Assembly (NCBI GenBank): GCA_051313645.2
Contig: JBNRSN020001110.1
Coordinates: 1-60,303, forward strand
Direction of reading: 5' to 3'
Source: Centroscyllium fabricii
Taxonomy: Eukaryota
Length of the DNA: 60,303 bases
Part shown: piece by piece, positions 13,197 to 26,029 of the stretch
How positions within the stretch are numbered: position 1 is the stretch's first letter
How the letters are laid out: each line of letters starts with the position of its first letter
The notes under the pieces: model-generated
Database searches by the model: none
Seen by the model: only the letters and a program-made list of their open reading frames with translations
What the model was told of the DNA's origin: nothing
Program-made: the position numbers and the translations under genes

Positions 13197-14285
13197 GACA
13201 TCATGGATAGCATGTTTAGGGAGTTGGTCACACCACAGGTAAAGGCTGCACAGGCAGGAAGGGAATGGGTGACCACCAGGCAGAGTAGTAGGTGCAGGCA
13301 GGTAGTGCAGGGGTCCTCTGTGGCCATCCCCCTCTCAAACAGATATACCACTTTGGATATATAAGTCGGAGATGGCTTATCGGGGGAAGGCAGCAGCAGC
13401 CAACTTCCTGGCACCATGGGTGCTTCTACTGCACAGGACGGGAGCAAAAAGACTGGGAGAGCTACAGTGATAGGGGATTCTATTGTAAGGGGAATAGATA
13501 GGTGTTTCTGCGGCCGCAAATGAAACTCCAGGATGGTATGTTGCCTCCCTGGTGAAAGGGTCAAGGATGTCTTGGGGCGGCTTCAGGGCATTCTGGAGGG
13601 GGAGGGTGAACAACCAGTTGTCGTGGTGCATATAGGTACCAATGATATAGGTAAAAAATGGGATGAGGTCCTAAAAGCTGAATATAGGGAGTTAGGAGTT
13701 AAATTTTAAAATAGGACCTCGAAGCTAGTAATCTCAGGATTGCTACCAGTGCTACGTGTTAGTCAGAGTACAAATAGAATATTTCAGATGAATACGTTGC
13801 TAAGGGAATGGTGCAACGGGGAGGGATTCAAATTCCTGGGACATTGGAACCGGTTCTGGGGGAGGTGGGACCAGTACAAACTGGATGGTTTGCACCTGGG
13901 CGGGACCGGGACCGATGTCCTAGGGGGAGAGTTTGCTAGTGCTGTTGGGGAGGGTTTAAACTAAAATGGCAGGGGGTTGGGAACCTGTGCAGCGAGACAG
14001 AGGAAAGGGAAGCAAGGATAGAAACAAAAGGCAGGAAGGAGAAAAGCAAAAGTGGAAGGCAGAGAAATCAAACAGAGCTACAGTAAGACAGAGGAAAGGG
14101 AAGCAAGGATAGAAACAAAAGACAGGAAGGAGAAAAGCAAAAGTGGAAGGCAGAGAAATCAAACAGGGCTACAGTAAATAATAATTCTAAAAACACCAAG
14201 AGTGTTAAAAAAAACAAGCCTGAAGGCTTTGTGTCTTAATGCGAGGTGCATTTATAATAAGGTGGATAAATTAGCTGTGCAAATG

Positions 14286-15189
14286 ACAGGCTCTGAAGAG
14301 GGTGTCAGGAAGCTACAGGGCGATTTGGATAAGTTGGGGGACTGGGCAGATAGATGGCAGATGCACTATAATGTGGATAAATGTGAGGTTATCCACTTTG
14401 GGGGCAAAAACAGGAGGGCAGATTACTACTTAAATGGCAATAGATTGGGAGATGGGGAGGTGCAGAGAGACCTAGGTGTTCTTGTACACCAGTCGCTGAA
14501 GGCGAGCACGCAGGTGCAGCAGGCAGTTGGGAAGGCAAATGGTATGTTGGCCTTCATATCAAGAGGGTTCGAGTATCGGAATAAGGATACCTTACTGCAG
14601 CTGTACAAGGCACTGGTGAGACCACACCTCGAGTATTGTGTACAGTTCTGGTCGCCTAGCCTGAGGAAGGATGTTCTTGCCATGGAAGGAGTGCAGCGGC
14701 GTTTCACCAGGCTGATTCCTGGAATGGCAGGAATGACCTACGAGGAGAGATTGTGTAGTCTGGGCTTGTACTCGTTGGAGTTTAGAAGATTGAGAGGCGA
14801 TCTCATTGAGACGTATAAAATTCTGAAAGGACTGGACAGGCTAGATTCAGAGAGAATGTTTCCAATGACGGGGGAGTCCAGAACCAGGGGCCACAGTCTA
14901 AGGATAAGGGGTAAACCATTTAGGACAGACATGAGGAAGAACTTCTTCACTCAGAGAGTGGTGGGCCTGTGGAATTCCCTGCCACAGAGGGCGGTGGAGG
15001 CCAGTTCATTAAACATATTCAAGAGGGAATTGGATATATTTCTTCAAGCTAAAGGGATTAAAGGTTATGGAGAAAAGGCGGGGACGGGGTACTAGCTTGC
15101 TAAAGATCAGCCATGATCTCATTGAATGGCGGAGCAGGCTCGAAGGGCTGAATGGCCTACTCCTGCTCCTATCTTCTATGATTCTATGA
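14286..15189 (+). mobile_element. Young 5'-truncated CR1 inserted in the older CR1 ORF2
   Basis: Open RT C-terminal frame interrupts the host endonuclease between ...KLAVQ and INGYDVIGITETW; TTCTATGA tail. Confidence 0.9.
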
Positions 15190-15757
15190 TAAACGGATAT
15201 GATGTAATTGGAATTACGGAGACATGGCTCCAGGGTGACCAAGGCTGGGAATTCAAAATCCAGGGGTATTCCATATTCAGGAAGGACAGGCAAAAAGGAA
15301 AGGAGGTGGGGTAGCATTGCTGGTTAAAGAGGTTAACACAATAGTAAAGAACGTGGAATCTGTATGGATAGAGATTGAGAAATACCAAGGGGCAGAAAAC
15401 ATTAGTGGGAGTTGTATACAGACCCCCAAACAGTAATGCGGAGGTTGGGGATGGCATTAAACGGGAAATTAGAGACGCGTGCAATCAGGGCACAGCATTT
15501 ATCATGGGTGACTTTAATCTACGTATAGATTGGGCTAACCAAATTAGTAACAATACTGTGGAGGAGGAATTCCTAGAGTGTATACGGAATGGTTTCCTGG
15601 ACCAATATGTCGAGGAACCAACTAGAGATCAGGCCATCTTAGTGTGGGTATTATGTAATGAGAAATGATTAATAGCAATGTTGTTGTGCAAGGCCCCTTG
15701 GGGAAGAGCGATCATAATATGATAGAATTCTTCATTAAGATGGAGAATAAAGTAGTT

Positions 15758-16159
15758 AGAAACATAGAAACATAGAAACTAGGAGCAGGAGTAGGCCATT
15801 CGGCCCTTCGAGCCTGCTCCGCCATTCAATGAGATCATGGCTGATCATCCATACCCAGTACCCTGTCCCTGCCTTGTCTCCATATCCCTCTTGAGCCTGC
15901 ACCGACACCTATCCCACCCTATCGCCGTAACCCCACATATTCAATCCCCCTAACACTAAGGGTCAATTTATCATGGCCAATCAACCTAACCCGCACATCT
16001 TTGGACTGTGGGAGGAAACCGGAGCACCCGGAGGAAACCCACGCAGACACGGGGAGAATGTGCAAACTCCACACAGATAGTACCCGAGGCTGGATTTGAA
16101 CCCGGGTCTCCAGTGCTGTGAGGCAACAGTGCTAACCACTGTGCCAGCGTGCCGCCCCC
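15758..16159 (-). mobile_element. HE1-type V-SINE
   Basis: tRNA head, V-domain and CR1-derived tail; reverse complement of the 40492 copy. Confidence 0.9.
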
Positions 16160-18536
16160 TTGATTAGTTGACTCAGAGACTAGGGTCCTGAAGTTAAATA
16201 AAGGAAACTACAATGGTGTGAGGCATGAGTTGGCTAGGATGGATTGGTGAACGTTACTTAAAGGGTTGACGGTTGTTAGGCAATGGCAAACATTTAAAGA
16301 TCGCATGGATGAACTACAGAATTTGTTGATCCCTGTTTGGCATAAAAATAAAGCAAAAAAGGTGACTCAACCGTGGCTAACAAGGGAAATTAGGGCTAGC
16401 ATAAGATCCAAGGAGAGGACATAAAAATTGGCCAGAAAAAGCAGCAAACCTGAGGACTGGGAACAGTTTAGGATCCAGCAAAGGAGGACAAAGGGATTAA
16501 TTAAGAGGGGGGAAATAGAATGAGAGTAAGCTTGCAGGGAACATAAAAACTGACTGTAAAAGCTTCTATAGATATGTGAAGAGAAAAAGATTGGTTAAGT
16601 CACGCATAGGTCCCTTGCAGTCAAATTCAGGGGAATTTAAAATGGGGAACAAAGAAATGCCAGACCAATTAAATACATACTTTGGTTCTGTCTTCACAAA
16701 GGAGGACACAAATAACCGTCCAGAGATTTCGGGAAACACAGGGTCTAATGAGAGGGAGGAATTGAATGAAAACAGTATTTGTAGGGAAATGGTGTTAGGG
16801 AAATTGATGGCATTGAAGGCCGATAAATCTCCAGGGCCTGATAATCTACACCCTAGGGTATTTAAGGAAATGGCCCTAGAAATAGTAGATGCATTGTTGG
16901 TCTTCATCCAAAATTCTATAGACTCTGGAATAGTTACCATGGATTGGAGGGTAGCTAATGTAACCCCACTGTTTAAAAAAGATGGTAGAGAGAAAACGGG
17001 GAATTATAGACCAGTAAGCCTGACATCGGAGAAAATGCTAGAGTCCATTATAAAAGATGTAACAGCAGAGCATTTGGAAAACAGTGACAGGATCGGACAA
17101 AGTCAACATGGATTTACAAAAGGTAAATCATACTTGACTAATCTACTGGAATTTTTTTGAGGATGTAACTGGTAGAATAGATAAGGGAGAACCAGTGGGT
17201 GTGGTGTATTTGGACTTTCAGAAGGCTTTCGATAAGGTCCCGTATAAGAGATTGACGTGCAAAGTTAAAGCACATGGGATTGGGGATAAGGTACTGACTT
17301 GGATAGAGAACTGGTTGGCAGACAGGAAGCAAAGAGTTGGAATGAATGGGTCTTTTTCCCAGTGGCAGGCAATGACTAGTGGGGTACCACAGGGATTGGT
17401 GCTAGGACCCCAGCTATTCACAATATATATTAATGATCTAGACGAGGGAACTAGTTGTAATATCTCCAGGTCTGCAGACGACACAAAGCTGGGTGGGCAT
17501 GTGTGCTGTGAGGAGGATGCAGAGAAACTCCAGTATGATTTGGACAGGTTGGGTGATTGGGCAGATACATGGCCGATGCAGTATAATGTGGATAAATGTG
17601 AGGTTATCCACTTTGGTGGCAAAAACAGGATGACAGATTATTATCTGAACGGCAATAGATTGGGAAAAGGGGAAGAGTAAAGAGACCTGGGTGTCCTTGT
17701 GTACCTGTTGCCGAAGGTAAGCATGCAGGTACAGCAGGCGGTTAAGAAGGCAAATGGTATGTTGGCCTTCATAGCGAGAGGATTCGAGTACAGGAACAAG
17801 GATGTCTTGCTGCAGTTGTACAAGGCCTTGGTGATACCACACCTTGAGTATTGTGTGCAGTTTTGGTCGCCTTATTTGAGGAAGGATGTTCTTGTCATGG
17901 AGGGAGTGCAACGAAGGTTCAGCAGACTGATACCTGGGATGGCAGGAATGACGTATGAGGAGCGATTGGGTCGATTAGGCTTATATTCGCTAGAGTTTGG
18001 AAAAATGAGAGGGGATCTCATTGAAACTTATAAAATTCTAACAGGACTGGACAGACTAGATGCAGGAAGGATGTTCCCGATGGTGGAGGAGTCCAGAACC
18101 AGGGCTCACAGTCTAAGGATAAGGGGTAAGCCATTTAGGGCAGATGAGGAGAAATTTCTTCACCCAGAGAGTGGTGAACCTGTGGAATTCTCTACCACAG
18201 AAGGCAGTTGAGGCCAACTTATTAAATATATTCAAGAAGGAGTTAGATATATTTCTTAAGGCTAAAGGGATCAAGTGATATGGGGAGAAAGCAGGGACAG
18301 GGTGCTGAATTTGGATGATCAGCCATGATCTCATTAAATGGCGGAGCAGGCTCGTGGGGCCGAATGGCCTACTCCTGCTACTATCTTCTATGTTTCTATG
18401 TCACGAGTTCAAATGCCAAAGTTACAGAAGAAAGAAAATGACTATGAAAGCTGCTGGATTGTTGCAAAAACCCGCCTGGTTCAATAATATCCTGAAGGGA
18501 AGGGAAATTTATTCCCTTACTCCAGTCCCACGATAT

Positions 18537-19387
18537 GGGGGGAATTTTGCCAGCGCTCAGGGAGCCGGTTTGGAGGCAGGACTGCTGGCAAAATTGCAAA
18601 GATTGACAGCAGGTCCCGAACCCGCTGTCAACCCGCCTCCATACGATCATCCCAAGTGTCGGGTTCCCGATTTGCGCACAGACCCGACACCTAGTGGCGA
18701 GAAGAGGATTATAGGCACTTAACTGCCTGTTAACAGGTAGTTAAGGGGCTTTTTGCCAGGTCGACTACAGGCTTCCCGACGTCCGGACACTATGCCAGTT
18801 AAGTGTGGCGCATTGTGAGTCTACTGTAATGTTTCTTCATTGATGACAAGTGCAGAAGTGGTGTGAAGGATCCAATGGTAGACTGGTGAGTTTCAGAGGT
18901 CAGAAAATGTTGTGAAAATCATTTTCAATGTATTTAGACTTTTCTGTTGGTAATAAGGTTTGAAGTGTTTGTGTAGTCCCACCTCATTGAGAGAACCTCT
19001 CTCATCAGTGACAGAGCGCTTCTGTAATCTCACCTGCAGCTGCCATCTGTTTTAGCATAAGGAGAGAGTCACTGGAGAGCCTTGGTGCAAGGGCTCACCT
19101 TTGTACAGTGATTGTCAGTGTTTGCAGCACCTCAATGCTGTCAAACACGGAAAAATCATGTCAAACAAAAATGAGCATGTCCCCTTTAAGAAAACCGGCA
19201 GATGACGCGTCATCAACTGACATCATCTGACACTGGCTTTCTCTTAATTGGCCGGCAAGCCCGCAGGGTGGGCTTAACAAGGCCAATTGACACAAAATAG
19301 CATCTGTGCGTCGGCTGTCATTGGGGGCGGGATCGGAACCCGCAAGTCATCTGACCCGCTCCCAACTCGCACCAAAAGATCACGCCC
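18537..19387. mobile_element. Non-autonomous DNA element, PIF/Harbinger-like
   Basis: Degenerate termini GGGGGGAATTTT ... AAGATCACGCCC; interrupts the old SINE. Confidence 0.5.
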
Positions 19388-19418
19388 ATCGTGATTGACT
19401 CTTACTGCCACTTCATAC

Positions 19419-20460
19419 TGAAGGAGTACAAAAGTGGCCATTCTAAGGAGACAAAATGGAGTCCAACATCACATGATCTGGAGACTGTACTTTTAAACTA
19501 AAGTGACTGTCTCCTGCTGTGAGAGAAAACATATGCCCTGTCTCTACAGATAAACAACCCCATAAAATGCCTGCTGTGTGAGGAAGCAAATGTCCTTATA
19601 GATAAGCCACCATCATTAAACTGACATGTTGGGGAAATCAGAGACTGGTACGTGGCCAGCTAATTGGCAGCCTGTGATTTAACTCTGTTTGCAAGGACAT
19701 AACTATTCGGCTTAATTGTGGGAAGATTTAGATAAGAAAGTAATGTTCCTTAATTGCCATGTGACTAATTGTAACAATGTGATTGGATAATTTGTGTATA
19801 AAATAACTGGTTACAGCAACTGTTTTTGAGAAGCCTGGCGAAAGCACCCATAAGGTGCTGCGCCTCTTCTCCCAGAGCTGTTAGTTAATAAACAGCAGTT
19901 CTTCTCTACTATCCGGTGTCGGAGTGGAAGTTATTTGACTATATGAATTAAGTCGGGTATACGTCGACCTTGCTTCACGCTTGGTCCATTCAGGCTCCAA
20001 TTAATTCTCTAACAATTTGGCGTAGTCGGGCAGGATTCGTGAAAATCCTAAGAAACACCCGACAGGGTGCTCTGAACGATCAGTAACGTATCCCAAGAAT
20101 CTGTAGAAAACCGGACTGGGAGTAGAGAACGACTTGAACACTGTGATTAAACTTTACTTACTCTGTGCATGAAGGGGGTGTAATCCTTTTCCTTACTAGA
20201 TATGGGACTCGTTCGCAGCGGTTGAGGTAGGACTCTGATCCAGTCTACCAAGAGGCCGACCTCCGGTGGTGAAAACACGTGACTCGGCTGGGGTTGAGAC
20301 TGTGAGTACATGGCCGTGAGTATATTGTAAATCCTCCTATCGTGTCAGGGACCGGGGAAGGACTGAAGTCGCATGAAGACATTTTTATGGAGAGTCCATG
20401 GAAGATAAGGAAGTTAAGAGAGGCCCTACGGGGACTCTGGTACACACTTTTATGACTTGC
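19419..20460 (+). mobile_element. ERV 5' LTR (19419-20014), tRNA-Ser PBS and truncated leader
   Basis: TG start, TATAAAA near 19797, AATAAA near 19887, CA end, then TGGCGTAGTCG(G)GCAGGATTCG at 20018-20039 complementary to a tRNA-Ser 3' end; 3' extent approximate. Confidence 0.8.
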
Positions 20461-20689
20461 TTTCACTTTCTATTGAAGCTTTTGAAAATGCTTTTTGTAG
20501 GAGGCCAAAAATTTCCAACCCATCAGATTTACCTCCTCGTTCTCCACTTCAACCTTAAAATTAGGAATTGAAAGCCTACAAGAGCCTACTTATTCTCTTT
20601 TTCTCCTTATGTTGTAACTTTGTGGCTGCAAATTAGTATTCTTGAAGAAGCCAACATTGAAAGGAAGACCTGTGGTGATCATTCATAAA

Positions 20690-21200
20690 TAATACAAAAG
20701 CAAAATACTGCAGATACTGGCAATCTGAAATGAAAACAGAAAATGCTGGAAATACTCAGCAGGCCAGGCAGCATCTGTGGAGAAAGAGAGTTAGCATTTC
20801 AGGTCGATGACCCTTCGTCAGAACTGGAAAAAGCTGCCGATGGAACAGGTTTTTAAGCAAGTGCAGGGGCAGGGAAAGGGGGAGGGGAGGAAAGAACGAA
20901 AGGGAAGGTCTGTGATAGGATGGAAGGCAGGAGAGATTAAGCGACATTGAGAGATTAAGAGATGGTGCAAGGCAAAAGGAGATGGTAATGGGACAAGTTA
21001 AGAAACAAAAGATGGCTCCAGATGAAGTGTAAATGGCACTGGCAGAATGAAACACAGCTGCCATGTGGGAGAGAGAAAAAAAGAGAAAATAAAGAAATAA
21101 ATAAATGGGAGAAAAAGGATAGGGGCAGAGGTTATGGTCTGAAATTGTTGAACTCGATGTTGAGTCCAGAAGGCTGTAAAGTGCCGAATACGAAGGCGGT
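20690..21200 (-). mobile_element. Penelope-like element pLTR fragment (family B)
   Basis: Shares AACAGAAAATGCTGGAAATACTCAGCAGG...GCAGCATC with 46490 and 49873; carries a hammerhead core. Confidence 0.7.
20790..20824 (-). ncRNA. Minimal hammerhead ribozyme motif
   Basis: Minus strand CTGACGA-A-GGGTC-ATC-GACCT-GAAA-TGCT. Confidence 0.65.
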
Positions 21201-21481
21201 GGAAAAACAGCTCAGCATCGTGCCGAGCTCAAAATTCATTGAGATGGGGGCATAAGGGGATGAAGCTCAGGCCTTTGCTAAGAACTGATCGTTTGGGATC
21301 AGAGAGGGGAAGGTTAGAGGTGATTATTCATATGTTTTAAGACACACCAGCAACAAATCTATTAAAAATTATATAAATATGCAAATTTGTGTGAAACATA
21401 ATGCTTAAGTGTTAGCTCAATTAAAATTCAAGATCATCAATATTAGAAACACAGAACAAGCTAAACACTATTTTGAGGAGA

Positions 21482-21861
21482 GGCATGACATGGTGGCGCA
21501 GTGGTTAGCACTGCTGCCTCGCAATAAGGAGCTCCTGGGTTTGAATCCTGCTTGGCCCGGGACTTTTCTGCGTGGAGTTTGCATGTTCTCCCCGTGTTCG
21601 TGTGGGTTTCCTCCGGATACTCCAGTTTCCTACCACCACCCAAAGACATGCAGGCTAGGTGAATTGGAGATACTAAAAATTGCCCATAAGTATGTATGTG
21701 AGATATAGTTCTTAGAGTTGGGGGTGTCGGAGGATCTGGGGAGAGGGTAGGAGGGGGTGCTGGGTTTGGATGATCAGCCATGATTTCATCAAAAATGGCA
21801 GAGCAGGCTCGAAGGGCCGAATGGCCTACTCCTGCTCCTATCTTCTGTGTGTTTCTGTGTT
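21482..21861 (+). mobile_element. HE1-type V-SINE, second subfamily
   Basis: GGTGGCGCAGTGGTTAGC head, V-domain, CR1-type tail. Confidence 0.88.
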
Positions 21862-23588
21862 ACGGATACCCTCACAGATCCTTGCTTTATGAGTCAATGG
21901 GATAGATCTTGACTTTGTGCAATAGTGTAAAACTGGTTGATAGTGAGCTGACAGTCCGTTTTACATCTCTCATCATTTTCATTTCCATTGTGTCACCGTA
22001 ATAAATAACTTCTCAGGAAATATTCTCTTTCTAACTCTCTGCAACTGTTGCCTCTGTTCTCTGCATGCCCCAAGGTTAGGCTGACCAGCTCACGTGAAAT
22101 GTACCTTTAAAAATACATAGCTCCCAGGATTCCCCAGGTTTCACACCCCATAGAAACATAGAAGATAGGAGCAGGAGTAGGCCATTCAGCCCCTCGAGCC
22201 TGCTCCACCATTTAATGAGCTCATGGCTGATGATTCAATTTCAGTACCCTGTCCCTGCTTTCTCCCCATATCCCTTGATCCCTTTAGCCTTAAGAAATAT
22301 ATCCAACTCCTTCTTGAATATATTTAATGAATTGGCCTCTACTGCCTTCTGTGCTAGCGAATTCCACAGGTTCACAACTCTCTGGGTGAGGAAATTCCTC
22401 CTCATCTCGGTGATAAATGGCTTACCCCTTATCCTTAGACTGTGACCCCTGGTTCTGGACTCCCCCACCATCGGGAACATCTTTCCTGCATCTAGTCTGT
22501 CCAGTCCTGTTAATTATAAGTTTCAATGAGATCCCCTCTCATGCTTCTAAACTCCAGCAAGTACAAGCCCAATCGACCCAATCTCTCCTCATACGTCATT
22601 CCTGCCATCCCAGGTATCAGCCTGGTGAATCTTCGCTGGACTCCTTCCATGGCAAGAACATCCTTCCTTAGATAAGGTGACCAAAACTGTACACAATACT
22701 CAAGATGTAGTCTCACCAAGGCCTTGTACAACTGCAGCAAGACGTCCTTGTTCCTGTACTCAAACCCTCTCGCTACGAAGGCCAACATACCATTTGCCTT
22801 CTGAACTGTCTGCTGCACCTGCATGCTTACCTTCAGCGACTGGTGCACAAGGACGCCCAGGTCTCATTGCACTTCCCCTTCTTCCAATCTGTTGCCATTC
22901 AGATAATAATCTGCCTTCTTGTTTTTGACAAGTGGATAACCTCGCATTTATCCACTTTATATTCCATCTACCATGCTTCTGCCCAATCACCCAACCTGTC
23001 CAAATCATACTGGAGTTTCCCGGCATCTTCCTCACAGCACACACAGCTTTATGTCGCCTGCAAACTTGGAGATATTACATCTAGTTCCCTTCTGCAGATC
23101 ATTAATATATATTGTGAACAGCTGGGGTCCAAGGACCGATCCCTGCAGTATCCCACTAGTCACTGCCTGCCACTCTGAAAAACTATTTGCTTTCTGTCTG
23201 CCAACCAGTTCTCTATCCAAGTCAATACCTCACCCCTAATCCCCTGTCAGGGTTCTATAAAAAAAAAAATTCACTTGCCCACTCGGGCAAGTGGATTTCT
23301 AAAACACTTGCCCAAACATAAAGTTCACTTGCCCGAAATTTTTAAAGAAATAAAGATTTTACATTTTTATTAAAATGCTTCAATATAAAGCCATAGATTG
23401 TGATTGTGCCTTTAGTTGCATTGGCCTGGTTTCTGCCCCTCTCTCCCTAAAACTATTGGCCTCTCCATCCTATTCCACCTTTAAAAATCTATTTCCTCAA
23501 GTATTCACTCCATTTCTTCATTTGTCTCTTCCAAACTTTGTGAAGACTCCGCAGGCCGCGGGCTCCCTCACTCTCTCTCCCCGCCTAC

Positions 23589-23826
23589 CTTCGTCCAGCA
23601 GCCGCTCCAGGTGTGAAGAGCCGCAAAAGCTGGGCAGGCTCAACATCAGCTTCTTGTCATTCATCAGCTGCATCAAATAGTCGGACTGGGTCTCGGCTTC
23701 TCCCTCACTCCCATTCCCCCCCCCCCCCCCCTCGGGACTGGGTCTCGGCTTCTCCTTCACTCCCATTCCCCCCCCCCCCTCGGGACTGGGTCTCGGCTTC
23801 TCCTTCACTCCCATTTCCCCCACCAT
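23589..23826 (-). pseudogene. QKI: Captured QKI (quaking) coding exon 1 with a triplicated N-terminal segment
   Basis: [15 protein letters not shown]...[31 protein letters not shown] compared with vertebrate [50 protein letters not shown]; ends GAAG|GTAGGC. Confidence 0.92.
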
Positions 23827-25705
23827 TCTTTTATATATATATATTTTCCCCCCTCTGAGGTGTAATTATAAAGATTTTATAATTGATCGAAAGAATAAAG
23901 AGAGTTGGTTTTTTTTCTTCTCAGAAGCCGCTCCGGTTTTTTCTCTCCCCCTCAGCAGGTCGACGGCACCGACCCACTCTTGCCACGCTTAACCAGCCCA
24001 CTCCACCTAACCCGACTGCTGCCCCATCGCGATTGACACGCCGCCTCCTCCAATCCCCGCCACACCGCCCGGCCAATCCACACCCGCCTCCAGGGCAGGA
24101 TCCACCAACCCCGTTCCCGTCGTCGTCAACCAATCAATTTGACGCGCTGCCTCCTCCAATCAACCACCGCGGCAAACAGAGACATAAACACGATCATCCC
24201 GTGGGCTCGATCATCGATGTGAAATACAGGTACACAACCCTTTATCCGAAACCCTTGGGACTAGATGTTTTTCGGATTTCGCAATTTTTCAGATTTCGGA
24301 GTGAAATTTCAAAGTAACAAAAAATATCAGAGCAGCAGACTGGTAGCAGCGCTTGTCTTCAGGTTTGCAGCCTCTTCCTTCCTGCACCCTGCCTCTGTAT
24401 ATGGAAAAATCACTGCAACCACCAACTGGCACCGACTGATTCCGGGCTCCCCCCGTGCACACCCACTATTCCATCTGGTGCCGGCGGCCTCGGTGAGGAG
24501 GAGGGCACTGTGACCCAGGACATGAAGTACTCCCCCGGCCCGGACGGCGGGGCTGTGCTGCTGACCGGCCAGCCTCCCACCCCCTATAGTGTGCCCGGCC
24601 CGGCACTCGCCGATCAGCCTCCGCACTCAAGTACACGTTGACCCCGGGACTGCCCCGACACACTCCCCGAGCAGCAGCAGCAGCTCCACGCTGCCATCAG
24701 GGTCTGCCAGAGGAGCAGCGCCAACCCCCGGCCCCAACCGGGGCCCGCCATTTGACAGCAGGTAAGTAAAAGCCCGTACAAGTATTTCACTTATAAAAAT
24801 CAGTCGTCGTTTCTTATTGCTGATTCGGGGTTTTTTTAACATCTTTTATCAGGTTTTAATTTTAGTGTTTTAAACTAGGGTAGGAAAAACTAGGCTCAAA
24901 AAACCTGGGCAAATTCAGAGAAAATCACGAATAACAAGTTGTATTTTGAACTTCAGTAAAACTCAAAAACAAAACAAGCAGGAGACGACAAAGCAAAATA
25001 ACAACCGATAATTATTTGCACTGTTTGCAAACAGACCTTTATGGGGGGATCACCATCAGACTCTCACTTAACCTCCTTGATAGGAAACTAAGTTTAGTGT
25101 TGTGGCTGCAGCCACTTGCATGCCACTATGATGGTGGGATAAATGTTGGGAGATGATGCGCAGGGGAACAGCGGCAATTGTGCTTTTAGTAAACAATGCG
25201 TGGGTGTGTGACCTGAGCTAGCCTTCCATTGATAACCTCAGTCTATGGGGGCTCTCAGTGGAACTGTACAGGTAACTGCGTTAGCACGCTGCTCCATATC
25301 TAACTAGGACTGGAAGACCAATCTTTGCTGCAATATAAAGAACAGTCTTCATAGCAGCTCCTTTAAAGATTCAAAGAAAGCTGCACATTGCCCAGTCCTT
25401 GTTCCTTTCCCTGTCAAAAATCAGGTGACATGCATACATGTCTGAAACTGATGTTTTTATTTGGTAAAAAAACAATGGGAAATTGCCACTTTTTATCTCA
25501 AATTCGGGAGGAAGTCAATTGTTCACCTTCCAAAACGATCCGGCAATTTATGAGTAAAAATCAGCAAAACAAACTGTTTTAATCATCCCTATTCTAAATA
25601 GCTTTAATTTCAGCTTTTGAACTAACTCAACACCTTTCAGTCAGGCTTTGGCTCAATTTTATTCAAATATTTAAGTGACCTGATCTTAACTTGCTAATGA
25701 TTGTA

Positions 25706-26029
25706 GAGGTACACAATCCTTTATCCGCGACTCCGAAAACCTCCAAAAAACAAAATTTCAAATGACCCGAGTCGCGTGCGAAACATGACCCGACGCAACC
25801 GACGCTTGACCCACGCAAGTGAGAGGCGTCAGTATCTGAACACTGACCTCCAATATTTTTGGGAATTTGCTCTGTTATTTTTTTTTTAAATGGCTAAAAG
25901 AGCAGCAGATACCACTTTTTGTGAATATTCACATGGTTCGCTGCAGAAAAACTAATGTTAATGCGACCATTACAAAAACCGAAAATATCCGAAATCCCCA
26001 AGGTTTTCGGATAAAGGATTGTGTACCTG
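25706..26029. mobile_element. Tc1/pogo-type MITE
   Basis: TIRs (C/G)AGGTACACAATCCTTTATCCG; inverted relative of 46090-46480; a lone left TIR also lies at 24227. Confidence 0.85.

Larger units (their letters stand above)
9252..18400 (+). mobile_element. Near full-length degenerate CR1 LINE: 5' UTR, ORF1 (CxxC plus SGNH esterase, about 12878-13964), ORF2 (APE plus RT, about 14202-18300), 3' tail
   Basis: VIGDSIVRG esterase motif, GITETW and MGDFN endonuclease motifs, GVPQG and ADDTKL RT motifs, CTATGTTT tail; stops, frameshifts and nested insertions. Confidence 0.92.
9204..19410 (+). mobile_element. Old tRNA-derived SINE split into three pieces (9204-9250, 18401-18536, 19388-19410) by CR1 and MITE insertions
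   Basis: Head ...GGACTAGCAACCCAGAGG joins TCACGAGTTCAAAT (B box) at 18401; same family as the split SINE at 49467-50585. Confidence 0.6.

Noticed and set aside
13995-14177. Tandem duplication of about 91 bp between CR1 ORF1 and ORF2
   Set aside because: Ordinary local duplication in a dead element.
14202-15095. 297-aa ORF as a novel endonuclease-RT fusion gene
   Set aside because: Chance in-frame junction between an old CR1 and a nested young CR1 fragment.
23518-23826. The real QKI gene nested in SDHA
   Set aside because: Only exon 1 is present, it carries a codon deletion and triplication, and it sits inside transposon TIRs within a CR1.
25010-25600. ICTVCKQTFM zinc-finger-like patch and a possible decayed transposase on the minus strand
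   Set aside because: Too short and degraded to assign without a profile search.
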